A stretch of 64,000 bases of DNA, taken from contig CM052818.1 in the NCBI GenBank assembly GCA_028534125.1, positions 45,014,001-45,078,000 on the forward strand, given 5' to 3'. The notes beneath the pieces were generated by a model. That model did no database searches and was not told the DNA's origin. It saw nothing but the letters and a program-made list of their open reading frames with translations. Position numbers and translations under genes: made by a program. The first letter of the stretch is position 1; each line of letters opens with the position of its first letter. This document shows, in pieces, positions 1 through 11,199 of the stretch. This stretch comes from Lama glama. Taxonomy: Eukaryota.

Positions 1-384
1 TATGACATTGGATCAGGCTGCCTTCCTTTTTCCCTTCTGAGCCCCCGTCTGAGTCCTCATGACTTTCCTACCAGACTGACTGCGCAGGTCTGTGCCCCCA
101 GGAGCCTGATCTGTCAGACCTCCCCCTGCTCCAGGCTGGGCCCCTGGCCCCCTGCTGGTTGTGGTCCCCTGGTGGTCCCTGACCCGGGCTGTGCTGGAGC
201 TGGGGTGGCTGGGCAGGTTGGGGACCGTGGAGGAGGGCCCCTGGCCAGGTAGAGAGCCGGGGATATGTACCAGGCAGACCCCGTCCTAGCGCGGGCCTCC
301 CCCTCTGTGTGACCTTGGCTGAGCCGTTTCCTCTGTCTTCCTCCCCTGGAGTCACTGCGCTGTGACTTCATCCTGTAGTCTGAT

Positions 385-480
385 TTGTCTTCACCCCAAC
401 TGACAGATGAAGACACAGAGGCCCAGGGAGCTTGCCTCTCCAAGTGGGAAAACTGTGCAGCTTGGGATCAGTCCCGCATC
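385..480 (-). mobile_element. MIR SINE fragment
   Basis: acagatgaagacacagaggcccaggga resembles the antisense MIR core acagatgaggaaactgaggcccagaga. Confidence 0.55.
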
Positions 481-1839
481 GAGTCCTCCCAGGGCTCCTG
501 TTCTGCGACCTCTCCTTCCTCCCTCTCCGAGTGGGACTCTTCTTTTCCAAACAAGGGAGTCAGGGGAGCCTCGTTAAAGAAAACTGCTTGGCTGATTTTT
601 TTAGGAGGAAGTCACATCTGAAGCAAATGCTGAGGGATACAAGAGTTAGCTTTTGGGCGGCAAAACCAAATGGGTGGGAAAATACTTTGTTTATTGATGC
701 AACTTTCACAATATCCTGCTTATTATTTTGCCAATATTAGCCTTGTTTTGATTACCGCAAAAGCCAACAGCTGCCTCAGACACGTTGGTTCTACAAGCTG
801 GTGAGGAGTCTGTAAATCAGAAGGGACCCCTGGGGAGCAGCACAAACTCAGCCCGGTCTGGAAAGCCCTGTAAGACTCTGCAGATGCTCCTGGAAGGAAG
901 TGCTCGCTCCAGGCTATCAACTCTAATGGTGCCTTTGAACTATGGGTGAGGAGTGCCTCCCAGGAGGGAAGATGTGTTTGTATTTGCATCTTGTAAGTTC
1001 TCCTGGGAACAAGAGCACTAGAATGGGATGCCTCCTGCATTTTGCATTAGGGCTGAAATCTGCTTAGTGAGTTTACATGCAGGAAGGTGGTAAAATATGA
1101 TGATTAAGAGCAAGCACTTAGGGGTCAGACCTGAAAGCCAGTGCGGGCTCCTGCCCTCAGTAGCACTCAGAATGCTGAGAACAGCTTTGCTAGTGAAGGC
1201 CCTTGTTTGCAGATGGCATCAGACAAGCTTCCTTAATGGGGTGGACTCCGTCTGAATCTCCTTTCTGCTACTTTATAGCTCTCCTCTCTAAGTCTCAGTC
1301 CCACCCTCTCGGAAGGTGGCAATAATAGCGGTCACCCCAGAGGATCATGACAACATGAAGCATCCCACATTGTGCGTCAAGCTCTTAGCGAACTGCCTGG
1401 CAGCTCTTAAGAATGATGCTGGCTAATATTGTCATGAGTCTGTTGCAGCCCACAATGCAGAGTGACCCCAGGAGCATTCCTGTGCCCCCATGCTGGGGTC
1501 ACGTGGCTTCCTGCGGCCGAGAGCCACTCCCATCCAGCAACCCAAGGCCATCTTGGAAAGGATCCTCGTGATTGGTCTCGTGCTGGGCGATGCTGGAGAG
1601 CGAGTTAGTCATTTTGCAACTGCAGCATGGCCTTGTCTTGGTTTCCCAGCTTTTTTGTTCTGTTGGCTTCATCCATGTCCTGTTGGAAATCTCATGTGCC
1701 CATTAGCGGGGCTAATTTTCACTTTCCCAGTGATTATACAGATCTTAGCTATCAAAGTCTTGGATCTCACTGAGGTCAACACATGATCATTCTTCCCAAT
1801 AAATAGAAACTGGAACAAAACCTAGCAGCAGCCTTATGA

Positions 1840-2175
1840 CAGCACCTGGGTTCTTCCTGGACTCCAGTGCCACCAACCTGGTCCTACCTTACATCTCCAC
1901 GTTTTTTGTACCCTGGGACTCTCTCTTCTGTGGTTGGCTCTTACTTGATCTCAGTGCCAAAACCGTCCCTTTCATGACCTGCTAATAACGCGCTCCTGCC
2001 CAGCTCACTGCCAGTCTGTCTCATTACTACTTTCTTCTTAGCGTCATTAGCTCATATTATTTTGTTCATCGTTTCCCTCATCTGAGACAAAACACCACAG
2101 ATGCATTTCCAGCTCGAATGGTGCCTGGCCAGTAGTGGTGCTCAATAAACAGTTGTGGAGGGAAGGAAGGAGGAA
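1840..2175 (+). mobile_element. L2 LINE 3' end
   Basis: Ends with gtgcctggccagtagtggtgctcaataaacagttgtggagggaagg, typical of the L2 3' terminus. Confidence 0.65.
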
Positions 2176-2574
2176 AGAATGTCCCCACACATGGTCCATA
2201 GGATTGTAAGGGATGGGAGGAAGAGCTTGACATCTTGGGTCCAGCATCTGTCTCAAGCCAGTGGTCCCTTCTGCAGCCTCCTTGCTTCTGTTGGACCACA
2301 TGCACTGCAGAGAGCTCTCCATTATGACATGTCTGGTGGTCTCCTGTTACAAATGCTTTTCTGAGAGAGGCACTGAGCTTCTCTCACTGGCCTCCATTCT
2401 GCCCCCTAGAACTGCTGAGAACAAGACCCATGATGGCCTCTAAGTAACTGTGGATGCTCTCAGACCTCCAGTGAGCCAGCTTTTCTCCGAGACAGGCCCT
2501 CCAGTCTCTTTAAACATTCCTCCCATGACATGGTTTCTAAGTGAATCAACTTCATCTCTGTCAGGGACCCTGAA

Positions 2575-2745
2575 AAATTTGCAGGGTGTCCTTCAGAGGT
2601 ACTGGGAACCCCCTGATATTATCTGTAACATTCTCTGCAGGTGTGCAGTTTGGGGGTGGGAAGGCGAGCTGTAGGTTTCATCAGCTTCTCAAAGATCTTC
2701 CACCTCGGAGTCACACAGAAGTTTCCAGAAGCCCTACTGGATCTA
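2575..2745. mobile_element. hAT-Charlie-type MITE remnant
   Basis: gaaccccctgatattatctgtaacatt...tttcatcagcttctcaaag...ctactggatctag resembles old non-autonomous Charlie elements; subfamily not determined. Confidence 0.45.
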
Positions 2746-3059
2746 GATGGGCCTTCAGGCCAGGCCTCTCTCCACAGGGAGCAGGTGGATCTGTTTCTCC
2801 TCACTAATGACCACTCAGTCTAGGTAGCATTTCTCGTTTTAATGACTCGCTTTCACGTTCAGCATTTCCCGGAGTCCTCATAATGCAGTTTCTTCTGTGT
2901 GATTAATTCTCCTTCTGTGAATGAGAAAACAGCGCTCCCAAAGCATAGGTTTTAAACTATTTTGAGTCTGTGTTGTTAGATATATCAGCCTTAAGACTAC
3001 GATACCTAGCTACCACTTTTCATCATTATGTAGTAAGTTTGCACACAGTTGTAGAAAGC

Positions 3060-3480
3060 ACATGTATTTTTTCTTCTATTAATATAACTATATTCATTTT
3101 CTTTTGATAAATACTTTCCTGCTATTTTTTCCCACAGACATTTATTTTAAATGTGAGTCCTTATGTTTGGGGTGTGTCTCTTATAAATAGCGTAAGGTTG
3201 TCCCAAATAAAAAACCCAGCTTGAGAACTTCTGTCTTTTAAGTAGCAAGTTTAATTCATTTATATTTATTATAATTATTGATATTTAGATTTTTTCCATG
3301 ATCTTATTTTGTACTTTCTGTTTACTCTGCTTTTTGAAACTTCCATTTCCTCTATTGTTAGGAAATAAGCTCTATTTCTCTTCCTAAGCTCTTTGAAAAT
3401 TGCCTATTTTTTTAGGGGGTGTCTTTAAAATTCTAGCATTCATACTTAAGTTCCAAAGTTCTGTAATTTTTCTATCCTTC
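3060..3480 (-). mobile_element. Ancient L1M, start of ORF2 (endonuclease region)
   Basis: gtgtgtctcttataaatagc...ttctgtcttttaagtagcaagtttaattcatttatatttattataattattgata matches the antisense L1 ORF2 5' pattern. Confidence 0.6.
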
Positions 3481-3879
3481 TACCAAACATCTGTTAGGCC
3501 TGCTGAAATGCTGTGCTGGCTGGCCTGTGGGTATAGGCCTTTGGAGATACCACATCTGGCTCACAGATCCCAGCAGCACCATCATACACCTGTAGGTATG
3601 TGGGCAGCTTGGGCTGGGAAGCGTGGTTTGGTGGCATCAGCCTCCCTTGCTGTCACACTCAGGCCACCAGCTGCCATCTGTCATTATTCATCTCTAGACG
3701 CTGCTGCTGCTGTTTTTGTTTTACGAAGAACTGTGGGAGGATGTGGACAATTTTTCTTGCTGAAATAAAGATGATTTAGTTCCATGTCATCCCCCGGGCT
3801 GTCACCCTAATGACCTGATAAAAATGGAATGAGATTGGTTCCCAGTGACTGCGCACCGACTCCCAGCAATTAGGTCTTT

Positions 3880-4180
3880 TCTTTTCACTAATCATATAAA
3901 AACTACACCATGCTGGAATTTTGCTCAAAACTGGTCAGTCTTGCCAGCAGTTTGTTCCTAGATTTCACTTTTCCTCTGTTCTTGAAAACTGGCATTTTCC
4001 TGTCTTGTCTAGGAACCTCTTTCTTCCTCTCTTGATTTCTTACGTGTTCTTGCATTTGATTTGTAACGAGGATCTTCCACTTTCCTGGAAGATCTGCGAA
4101 TTGTCTAGTTCAAACACTGTAAAATTAGTTAACATGACCAGAAACATTTTTTACCATCTCTCTCTTATCTGGAGTGATGA
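3880..4180 (-). mobile_element. L3/CR1 LINE reverse-transcriptase remnant
   Basis: Minus strand of ~3910-3995 translates to PVFKNRGKVKSRNKLLARLTS, similar to the CR1 motif PIFKKGKK.D.GNYRPVSLTS. Confidence 0.55.
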
Positions 4181-4679
4181 CGCTGCACTGTCTATGATGT
4201 GAGAAGTCTGGTAACAAACAGTGCAGGATCAGAGCTGAAGTCACATCAGTAGACCAGGACAAGGACTGAGCTATTGAAAAAAAACAGCCCGCCCTCCCCC
4301 CTGCAGTGAGGAATGAGTAGGATTCAGGTTAAACCTCTGGACCAGGAAAGGAAGGGGGCGGGTGCTGAGAATTATTTAACCCCTTCCTTCCCAGGCCCTG
4401 CCAGACCCGTTCACAAATCCCACAGCCACCAGAAGCATCAGTGCTGACTAGGACTGTGAAGAGCTGCCTCTGATCGGTTTTGTAACCTGTGGAATTTAAT
4501 TATTTGTTCATATACAGACTCATCAATCTTTTAAAAAATATATATATATTTTATTTCTCGGTATATACAGAGTAACTGCCCCTTATGGTATAATTTTCTC
4601 ATCTGTAATCGGAGGTGAAGGGGTGGACTAAATGGTATCTCAGGAATGCTCTAACCCCTGAATTACAACTGACTCCAGC

Positions 4680-5400
4680 TACAGCGACGACGTGGAAGAA
4701 GTAAGGCCGGACAGAAAGGGGGCCCAGGTCAGAGGGAGGTGTGACTTCTGTCCTCCGGGAAGACAGGGCGGACCCCAGTGCTGATTTTCCCCGCTGTCTT
4801 CTTGGCGTTGGGCTCACGTGCACTTTTTCTTTCAAACTGGGAAGGTGATTTCACGACGGGAGAGGAGCGGACGGGGCGCTTGGCTGCCGTGTGCGGATCA
4901 GCGCCGCCGCCCTGGGTTTTCTGTACTCGCTCTTTCCGGGCTTGTTCCTTCGCCTTCCGTGGAGCCCAGAAAAATCATTGCAAGTGTGCAGCAAGATTCT
5001 GGCAAAGCAGGGAAATTCCGTAACAAAAATATTTCCTTTAATATTTCAGTTGGGAATGCAGGCAGCTGTTAGAGGCTCTGAGGCTGAATTCCAGAAGTAA
5101 GGCAGAGTGACTGACAATCTGCGCGCAGTTTGACGTGGAGTTTCCTTTTACTGCCCGCAGATGGGAGCTGACTCCCGGGTGGGGGGCCTTGGTGGGGAGC
5201 ATGGGCCTGGCCTCTAGCAGAGGCCCAACAAATCTCTCTCTGGGGAAGGAATAAATAAATAACTGAAAATAGCTAAAAGTCACCCAGGCCAAGGATTATA
5301 CCCCAGGAGGTCACCGAAACAGGAGGAAGTTCCCACATCTGCTCACAGACGGAATCAGGTGCGGTTCTGGAATGTTCTGGGCAAGAGCATCATCTTTGGA
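4680..5400. promoter_or_regulatory. CpG-rich candidate enhancer/promoter with NF-kB site cluster
   Basis: 16 CpGs in 4801-4980; GGGAAATTCC at 5010-5019, TGGAGTTTCC at 5136-5145, GGAAGTTCCC at 5325-5334, TGACGTGG at 5131-5138. Confidence 0.45.
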
Positions 5401-5484
5401 GCTAGCTTGTCCTATCACCGTGTGGCTGTGAGGGGGACCCTCCTTTGGCTGCACGCGGTGTACTGGGGGCCCATCTCCCCACGC

Positions 5485-5760
5485 AGGGTGGGTCCCCCAG
5501 GAAGCTCACCCTGAGACAGAGTTCAGGCAGTTTGGTGGGGGCAGTGCTCCGGGATCACGGTCTGTGCGAGGAGGGCGGGCAGCCCAGCTGGTTGGAGAGA
5601 AAAACTGAGCAGTGACGCCTAACAGTGGGGGTCTCAGCTACGCCCAGGGATGCTCTGGGGCCGGAACAGCCCTTCACAGTTGTCCCAAGTTGGAGCAAGG
5701 GGCCAGGCCTTTATAACCCCATCAGGACCGTCTCGGGGTGCAGGCTGTGCCCAAAGAGGG
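5485..5760 (-). mobile_element. ERVL LTR16/LTR33-like LTR fragment
   Basis: gggtcccccaggaagctcaccctgagacagag resembles the LTR16-type antisense end gggttcccccagaagcagaccctgagaca. Confidence 0.55.
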
Positions 5761-5763
5761 ACG

Positions 5764-5845
5764 TGTTAGGGGTTCAGCTGTGTCTCTCCAAAAAGATGTG
5801 TTGAATTCCTCAGGCCCCCCGCACCTGTGAATATGAGAGAATCTG
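5764..5845 (+). mobile_element. MLT1 (MaLR) LTR 5' fragment
   Basis: tgttaggggttcagctgtgtctctccaaaaagatgtgttgaattcct matches the MLT1B/C 5' end. Confidence 0.6.
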
Positions 5846-5860
5846 CTGCTGCAAAACAAA

Positions 5861-5902
5861 CCAAAACCAAAACCAAAACCAAAACCAAAACCAAAACCAA
5901 AA
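5861..5902 (+). repeat. (CCAAAA)7 microsatellite
   Basis: Seven perfect hexamer copies read directly. Confidence 0.97.
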
Positions 5903-5989
5903 CAAGGCTCACAGGGATATTATCACTGTGGGGCAGAGTGAGCAAGTAAGACATGCTGTCAGAAAGGAAATTCAAAGTTGGACTGAATG

Positions 5990-6090
5990 CTTTTCATTAA
6001 TTAATTCATTTATTCACACACTTTCTTCACTTTACAAATATCCATTGAGCACCTACTATTTGCTAGATTGGGGGCCAAGATAGGTGTCAT
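5990..6090 (-). mobile_element. L2 3' end fragment
   Basis: attcatttattcac...aaatatccattgagcacctactatttgctag is the antisense L2 terminus. Confidence 0.6.
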
Positions 6091-6847
6091 GAACCCTCAG
6101 CCAGGTGCTAAATGGCTTTTCTGGGGTTGCCAGCTGGTCAGGGCAAGGCAAGGACCAGAACTGGGGGCTCCTGCCCTCCTGTGCTTCCCTGGACATATCT
6201 GCCTTCTTTTCTCGTGGGATCTAGACAAGCAGCTTCGTTCCATGCCTGCCTGCCTGCTAGGGTCCTGGCCACAGGCACTAGCTGTAATGTGATGGCATAA
6301 TTACAGAAATGGATAACACCCCGAGTTTCCTTAACCACCCTACTCTAATCATACACAACCCCAGAACACATTGTAATAATTTGTCACCCATTTTCCAAGG
6401 TAGAATGCACGAACTCTTAATTATAAGCCCTGGGCTAGAGATGAGTAAATAAAAGTGCATGCCAGTCTGAATGCTATAATTAGAACTACCATTTGGCTAA
6501 AGAAAAGTAGAGACGTTTTAATTCCAGGCCTCTGCTTGAATGTGGAGTTGCTGCTAGGAAACAGCCCGTGTGTGTTAACACATTAAGTTCTGAGCAAGCG
6601 GTGGCCCTGTGAAAAGGCAGCTTTCTGTAAGTGGGGCTGGGATGTACCCTACATGCCGCTGGATATTTCAATTCTGTGTTTATTTCCCAAAGTCAAGTTA
6701 ACGTGATGATTAGTATTTTTCCAACTTTTTTGACAGCTACTTTGAATGATAATTTTGCCTAAAATGCCTCACACTATTTGTGTAACAGGTTGGCATCGTT
6801 CATGTCAATAACAGATCGGGTGGTAATGGGATGGACATACACGATCT

Positions 6848-7535
6848 ATTAATTCATTTACTATTTTTTCTCAAGTACCTGCTCCATGCCAAGCACTGTT
6901 CTAGGCAGTGATTAACCCAATGACTTGCTTTCACGGAGCTTACTTTTTAGTGAATGGAGACGGATAAGATAAACAATAAACAAGTACGTAGCTAAGTGCA
7001 TAATACACAGGAAACGTCGGATGGTGGTAAGTTCTCCAAAAAAATAGTCAGGATCAGGGGATGAAGAGCGATGAAGGTGGGTTATGTCTTAGGTAAAGTG
7101 ACTGGGGTCCATCCTGATGATCTGACATTGCAGCAGAGACCTGAATGAGATGAGGGAGCGATGGAGAAAGAGCATTCAAATAGAGGGAACAGTAAGTGCA
7201 AAGGCCCTGAGGCAGCTGGGGCAGGCGTCTGCCTGGAGTGTCCAAAGATCAGCAAGAAGTCCAGTGTGCCTGGAAAAGAGTGAACCAGGGGAGGTGGTCA
7301 GGAAATAAGATCAGAGAGGGAGCCTGGGCCAGATCAGATAGCCATTGGGCTACAGTGCACATGTGGATTTTACTCTGAGGAAGATGGGAGCCACTGTAGG
7401 ATTTTGAGCTAAGGAGTGACGTGATTCAACTTTGGTTTTAAAACAATCATTCTGCCTTTTGTCTGAAGAGTAGATGATGGGGGCAGGGTAGGGGGGCGGG
7501 TGTGTAAGGAGACAGCCGCCGGGGAGGCTGTATGC
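6848..7535 (-). mobile_element. L2a LINE 3' region
   Basis: atgccaagcactgttctaggc, agagggaacagtaagtgcaaaggccctgaggc and gatgggagccactgtaggattttgagc are hallmark L2a segments. Confidence 0.85.
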
Positions 7536-7704
7536 CTCTTCCGACGAGCACCTCTCATTGGGTGATTAGCGCAGAGGCTAATGAGCAGGACTGGAGCCAG
7601 GCTGTCTGGTCCCAGTCATGGCTGTGTGGTCCTGGACAAGTTGCTGAACCTCTTTGTGCCCCATTTACTCACCTGTAAAATGGGGACAGTACCATTACCT
7701 TCCT

Positions 7705-7994
7705 CAGTGTTTCTCAGAGTATGGCCATCAAGCCAGCAACATCCTCCTCACCCAGGAACTTACTGGAAGTACAAATTCTCAAACCCCACTGCAGACCTGC
7801 TCTTTAGGAAACCCTGGGAATGGGATTGCCAAATAAATTACGGGACATCCAGGTGAACTTGACTTTCAGATAGACAGTGAATACCATCCGTGCAGTTATG
7901 GGTTATCCTCATCCATGTCTGGGCGGTGCCAGCAATCAGCATTTTAAGAGATCCTTCAGGTGATTCTGAAGGGTGCTGACATCTGAGAACACTG
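7705..7994. mobile_element. MER5A hAT MITE (itself interrupted)
   Basis: Termini cagtgtttctcag...ctgagaacactg form a terminal inverted repeat; internal aaattctc and aggtgattctga are MER5A-like. Confidence 0.75.
7822..7925. mobile_element. MER53-like hAT MITE inside MER5A
   Basis: gggattgccaaataaattacgggacatccaggtgaacttgactttcagatagac resembles the MER53 start agggttgccagataaaatacaggacgcccagttaaatttgaatttcagataaac. Confidence 0.65.
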
Positions 7995-9055
7995 TTGTCC
8001 CTCACCTTGGTTCTGGAGGTTTCTGGAAGCTTAGCACAGTGCCTGGCACTGGGTCAGCACTCCGTAGCTGTCACTATGACCCACGAGCACTGGCTGACGC
8101 CAGGGACTTTGGAGCCTCGAGATGGAGTGACTTGGCTGCGGGCACATGGTGGGTGCAGCCTCTTTCCCACAAGGAATCTTCCGAGGCTTGGAAGATTTGG
8201 AGATGTTCAAAGTGCCCTCGTCAGGGTGCCTGAAATCGCTCCCCTCCCTACATCTGTCAGGTTGATGTTGAGGACCAGAAGGGGGTGCACATCCTCCCCC
8301 TGGACTCAGGGATTTGGAATTGTGGGGGTTCTCCTTATTTTGCAGTGACAATTGCGCCAATGCAGTAACCAAAAGGTACACAGTCTAGAAGCCAGCTTGC
8401 TAATGACAACGCTGGTGAGAATAGGTTTCTGTGTCTGGATTGTTCTGGTCAGCTCTGCCCAGCTCTTGGACTGAGTGGGTGTGTGGGGCCTGAAAGAATT
8501 ACCTTCATAAAAGTTAAGTGGGTCAGACAATAGGGGTGACGTTTGTTCCAGCAGACAGTGTGAAAACACCCTTCCTGGTTTCACTGGAAATAATAGACAC
8601 GTGCATCCTGATCACGTTCTGAGAGAGGACGGCAGCAGCGTCTCCGACTGCAGTGCGCAGCCGAGAAGCTCCGGCCAGATGGGTTTTAAAAGAAAGATTT
8701 CAATTATGAAGGAGAATCACCTGTTAGTCTAATTGAATTTTCTTTTCTCCCAGCTCCTCAGTGGCTAAGTGCACCGTTAGAGCCAGCAAGCGCTCCTGTT
8801 TTTCCGCGGACTTGAAGCCCTCGGGAGATGTGGCATTCTAGCCCTCTGCTCAAAGGCTTTGTCCTGGAAAGATATTAAGATACTGATGTGTGAGAAAGCC
8901 CCCACCCAGAGCCTGGCACTTAGTACTTAGTAAACGTCAGGTCTTCACACATCGTAATCTATGCTAGGTTTTCACCTGTGAAGGCTTCGTGCTACCCAGC
9001 AGCGGTGACTGTGGTAACACAGCACCACGCAGGGAATACCCAGGAAATGAAGGCC

Positions 9056-9133
9056 TTTTTTTCCTTCCTTCCTTCCTTCCTTCTCTCCCTCCCTCCCTTC
9101 TTTCCCTCCCTCCCTCCTTCCCTCCTTTCTCTC
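9056..9133 (+). repeat. (CCTT/CCCT)n polypyrimidine tract
   Basis: Pure pyrimidine run with ttcc/tccc units. Confidence 0.9.
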
Positions 9134-9174
9134 ACCATCAGTTGTTGAAGACTTGTATTTTCTCTGTCCCAGCC

Positions 9175-9260
9175 CAAGTCTTGGTGGGGCTTGAGAACCT
9201 ACATTTCTAACAAGCTCCAGGTGATGCCGATGCTCCTGGTCTAGAACCACACTTTGGGAT
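9175..9260. mobile_element. MER5A half element
   Basis: catttctaacaagctccaggtgatgccgatgctcctggtctagaaccacactttg. Confidence 0.7.
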
Positions 9261-9879
9261 GGGGAGATGTCCGGCCACCAGCATCTCCAGCGCACAGCCA
9301 GCTTTGGTACAGGGGTGAGCTCTGGAGGGCAGGGCCTTCTGAAATGTTGTATGCCTGGTGAATGAATGACGCTTGGTGTCTGGCGCTCAGTGTGCAATGA
9401 ACAATTATTCATTGTTCTAAAAGATTAAATGAAGAGGAATCGGGTGACCCTTAAACTCTATAATAAAAAGTGAGTTTTATCCGACAGGAAGATCACAGTC
9501 GACTCTGATTTATATATAACACAATCTCTTCCACCATAGGCGTCCCTTTAAATGATCAGCTCTTCTAAACACATTCCAAGCAAGATCCATTGGTCAGTTT
9601 TTCAGATTTTTTGGGAATCCACTTTTTCGCACGGTGTGCGTACGGCTCCGTGGGCTCAGGACCGTCTCCTAGCATTTCCCTGGCAAACCTGCCGAGCTTG
9701 CAGCTGGAGCAGGCGGCTTGGGCCCCTTCCACGTTCGGATGCTTTCTCCCAGGGACACAAAAGTGAGGGACTTGCCGGGGTTTGAACAGCACACCCTTGT
9801 TCTTCTCTCCCTTGGCTCCACTCCCCCAGGGCAGCTCTTCCCAGCCTGTGTGAGCCGGCAGGGGGCTGAGGGAGGCAGC

Positions 9880-10245
9880 TTTTTCTTTTTTTAAAATTAA
9901 GCTGTAACATACACACCATGAGATTCACTTGTTTTAAGTACACGATTCAGTGGTTTTAAGTATATTCATAACATTGGGCAGCTGTCACTACCATCTAATT
10001 TCAGGACATTTTCATCAACCCAAAAAGTCATTCCCCATTCTTCCCAGCCCCCAGCAACCCCTAATCTTTGTCTTTATGAATTGCCTAGTTTGAACATTTC
10101 TTACAAATGAATCATACAACATGAGGCCTTTTGTTTCTGGCTTCTTTCTCTTAGCATAAGGTTTTCAAGGCTCACGCATGCTGCAGCCTGGGGTGGTACT
10201 TCATTCCTTTTTATGGACGTGAATTTCCCGTTTTATGGGTACACA
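9880..10245 (-). mobile_element. L1MB-type 3' end (older subfamily)
   Basis: T-rich tail followed by ttttaagtacacgattcagtggtttt...ggcttctttctcttagcataaggttttcaaggctca. Confidence 0.85.
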
Positions 10246-10761
10246 GTCGTATTCGTAGCAGCATTATTCACAACAGCTAAAACACGGATGCAATCCAAGC
10301 ATCCACTGACAGAGGAATGGGTGAACAAAATGTGGTCTATACATACAGTGGAGTATTATTCAGCCTTAAAAAGGAAGGAAATTCTGACAGACTACGCTTG
10401 GATGAACCTTGAGGCCATTATGCTAACTGAACTAAGTCAGTCCTAAAAAGACAAACCATAAATGATTTCACTTATATGAGGTACCTAGAGTAGTCAAAAT
10501 CTTTAGAGACCAAAAGTAGAAGGGTGGTTGCCTCTGCCAGGGGAGCCGGGAAGCCAGGGGGGCCGGGGGATGCAGAGTTACTGTTTAATGGGGACAGAGT
10601 TTCAGTTTTACAAGATGGAAAGTCGAGATGGATGGTGGTGATGGTTGCACAATATTATGAATGTATTCAAGACCACAGAACTGTACAATAAAAAATGATT
10701 AAGATGGTAAATTTTGTGTTATATGTATTTTACCACAATTTTTTAAAATTGAAAAAAAAAA
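10246..10761 (+). mobile_element. L1MB (L1MB3-like) ORF2 C-terminus and 3' UTR
   Basis: ORF 10213-10446 contains FVAALFTTAK...EWVNKMWSIHTVEYYSALKRKEI...WMNLEAIMLTELSQ (L1 ORF2 end); A-rich tail ends at 10761. Confidence 0.92.
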
Positions 10762-11199
10762 GAGTTGAGGGGAAGTTGGCAGAGTTCCCAGACCCAGAAG
10801 TCAAGCAAGGGAAAGCCACGGTATTGTTGAACTTGTTGGAATTTGTGGTATTACTTATTTCAGCCAAACCATAGACAATGGATGTTTTAAGGAAGAAAGA
10901 CAGGGAGGCATGGTGAAATCTTGTCTTCTAGGTAATTTCTGTTATGCAAATAGAAATGTGTCTGCAGAGCTTATCTGTTACAAGTGTAATTTTGCCATCT
11001 TTTTCTAAGGGAGAGGTTCAGACTGCAGTTATATTGAGTGGAGTGTGCTTTAAAATTCATTATTATTAAACCTTTGAAATTCTATCTTGCTGCCCTCAAA
11101 AGCCAGTATTCTGTTGGCTCTGGCATGCCCAGTGCTTTTGTACCAGGGATTCTGTGCTGTCTGAAAGCAGCTGTCTCTTTTCTGTATGTCCAGCTCCAA

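Larger units (their letters stand above)
7565..8080 (+). mobile_element. MIR interrupted by MER5A (MIR parts ~7565-7704 and ~7995-8080)
   Basis: gctgtgtggtcctggacaagttgctgaacctct...ctgtaaaatgggga, resuming with gcttagcacagtgcctggca after the insert. Confidence 0.75.

Noticed and set aside
5861..5902. Telomere-like repeat or (LV)n coding repeat
   Set aside because: (TTTTGG)n is not TTAGGG; it is a simple A-rich microsatellite, and the LVLV peptide is its translation artefact
8972..9412. 146-aa ORF with a charged GRKE-rich tract
   Set aside because: Translation of the (CCTT)n tract and a MER5A fragment
10213..10446. ORF with clear protein similarity
   Set aside because: It is the L1 ORF2 C-terminus of a truncated L1, not a host gene; likewise 15508-15798, 22845-24020 and 47369-47599
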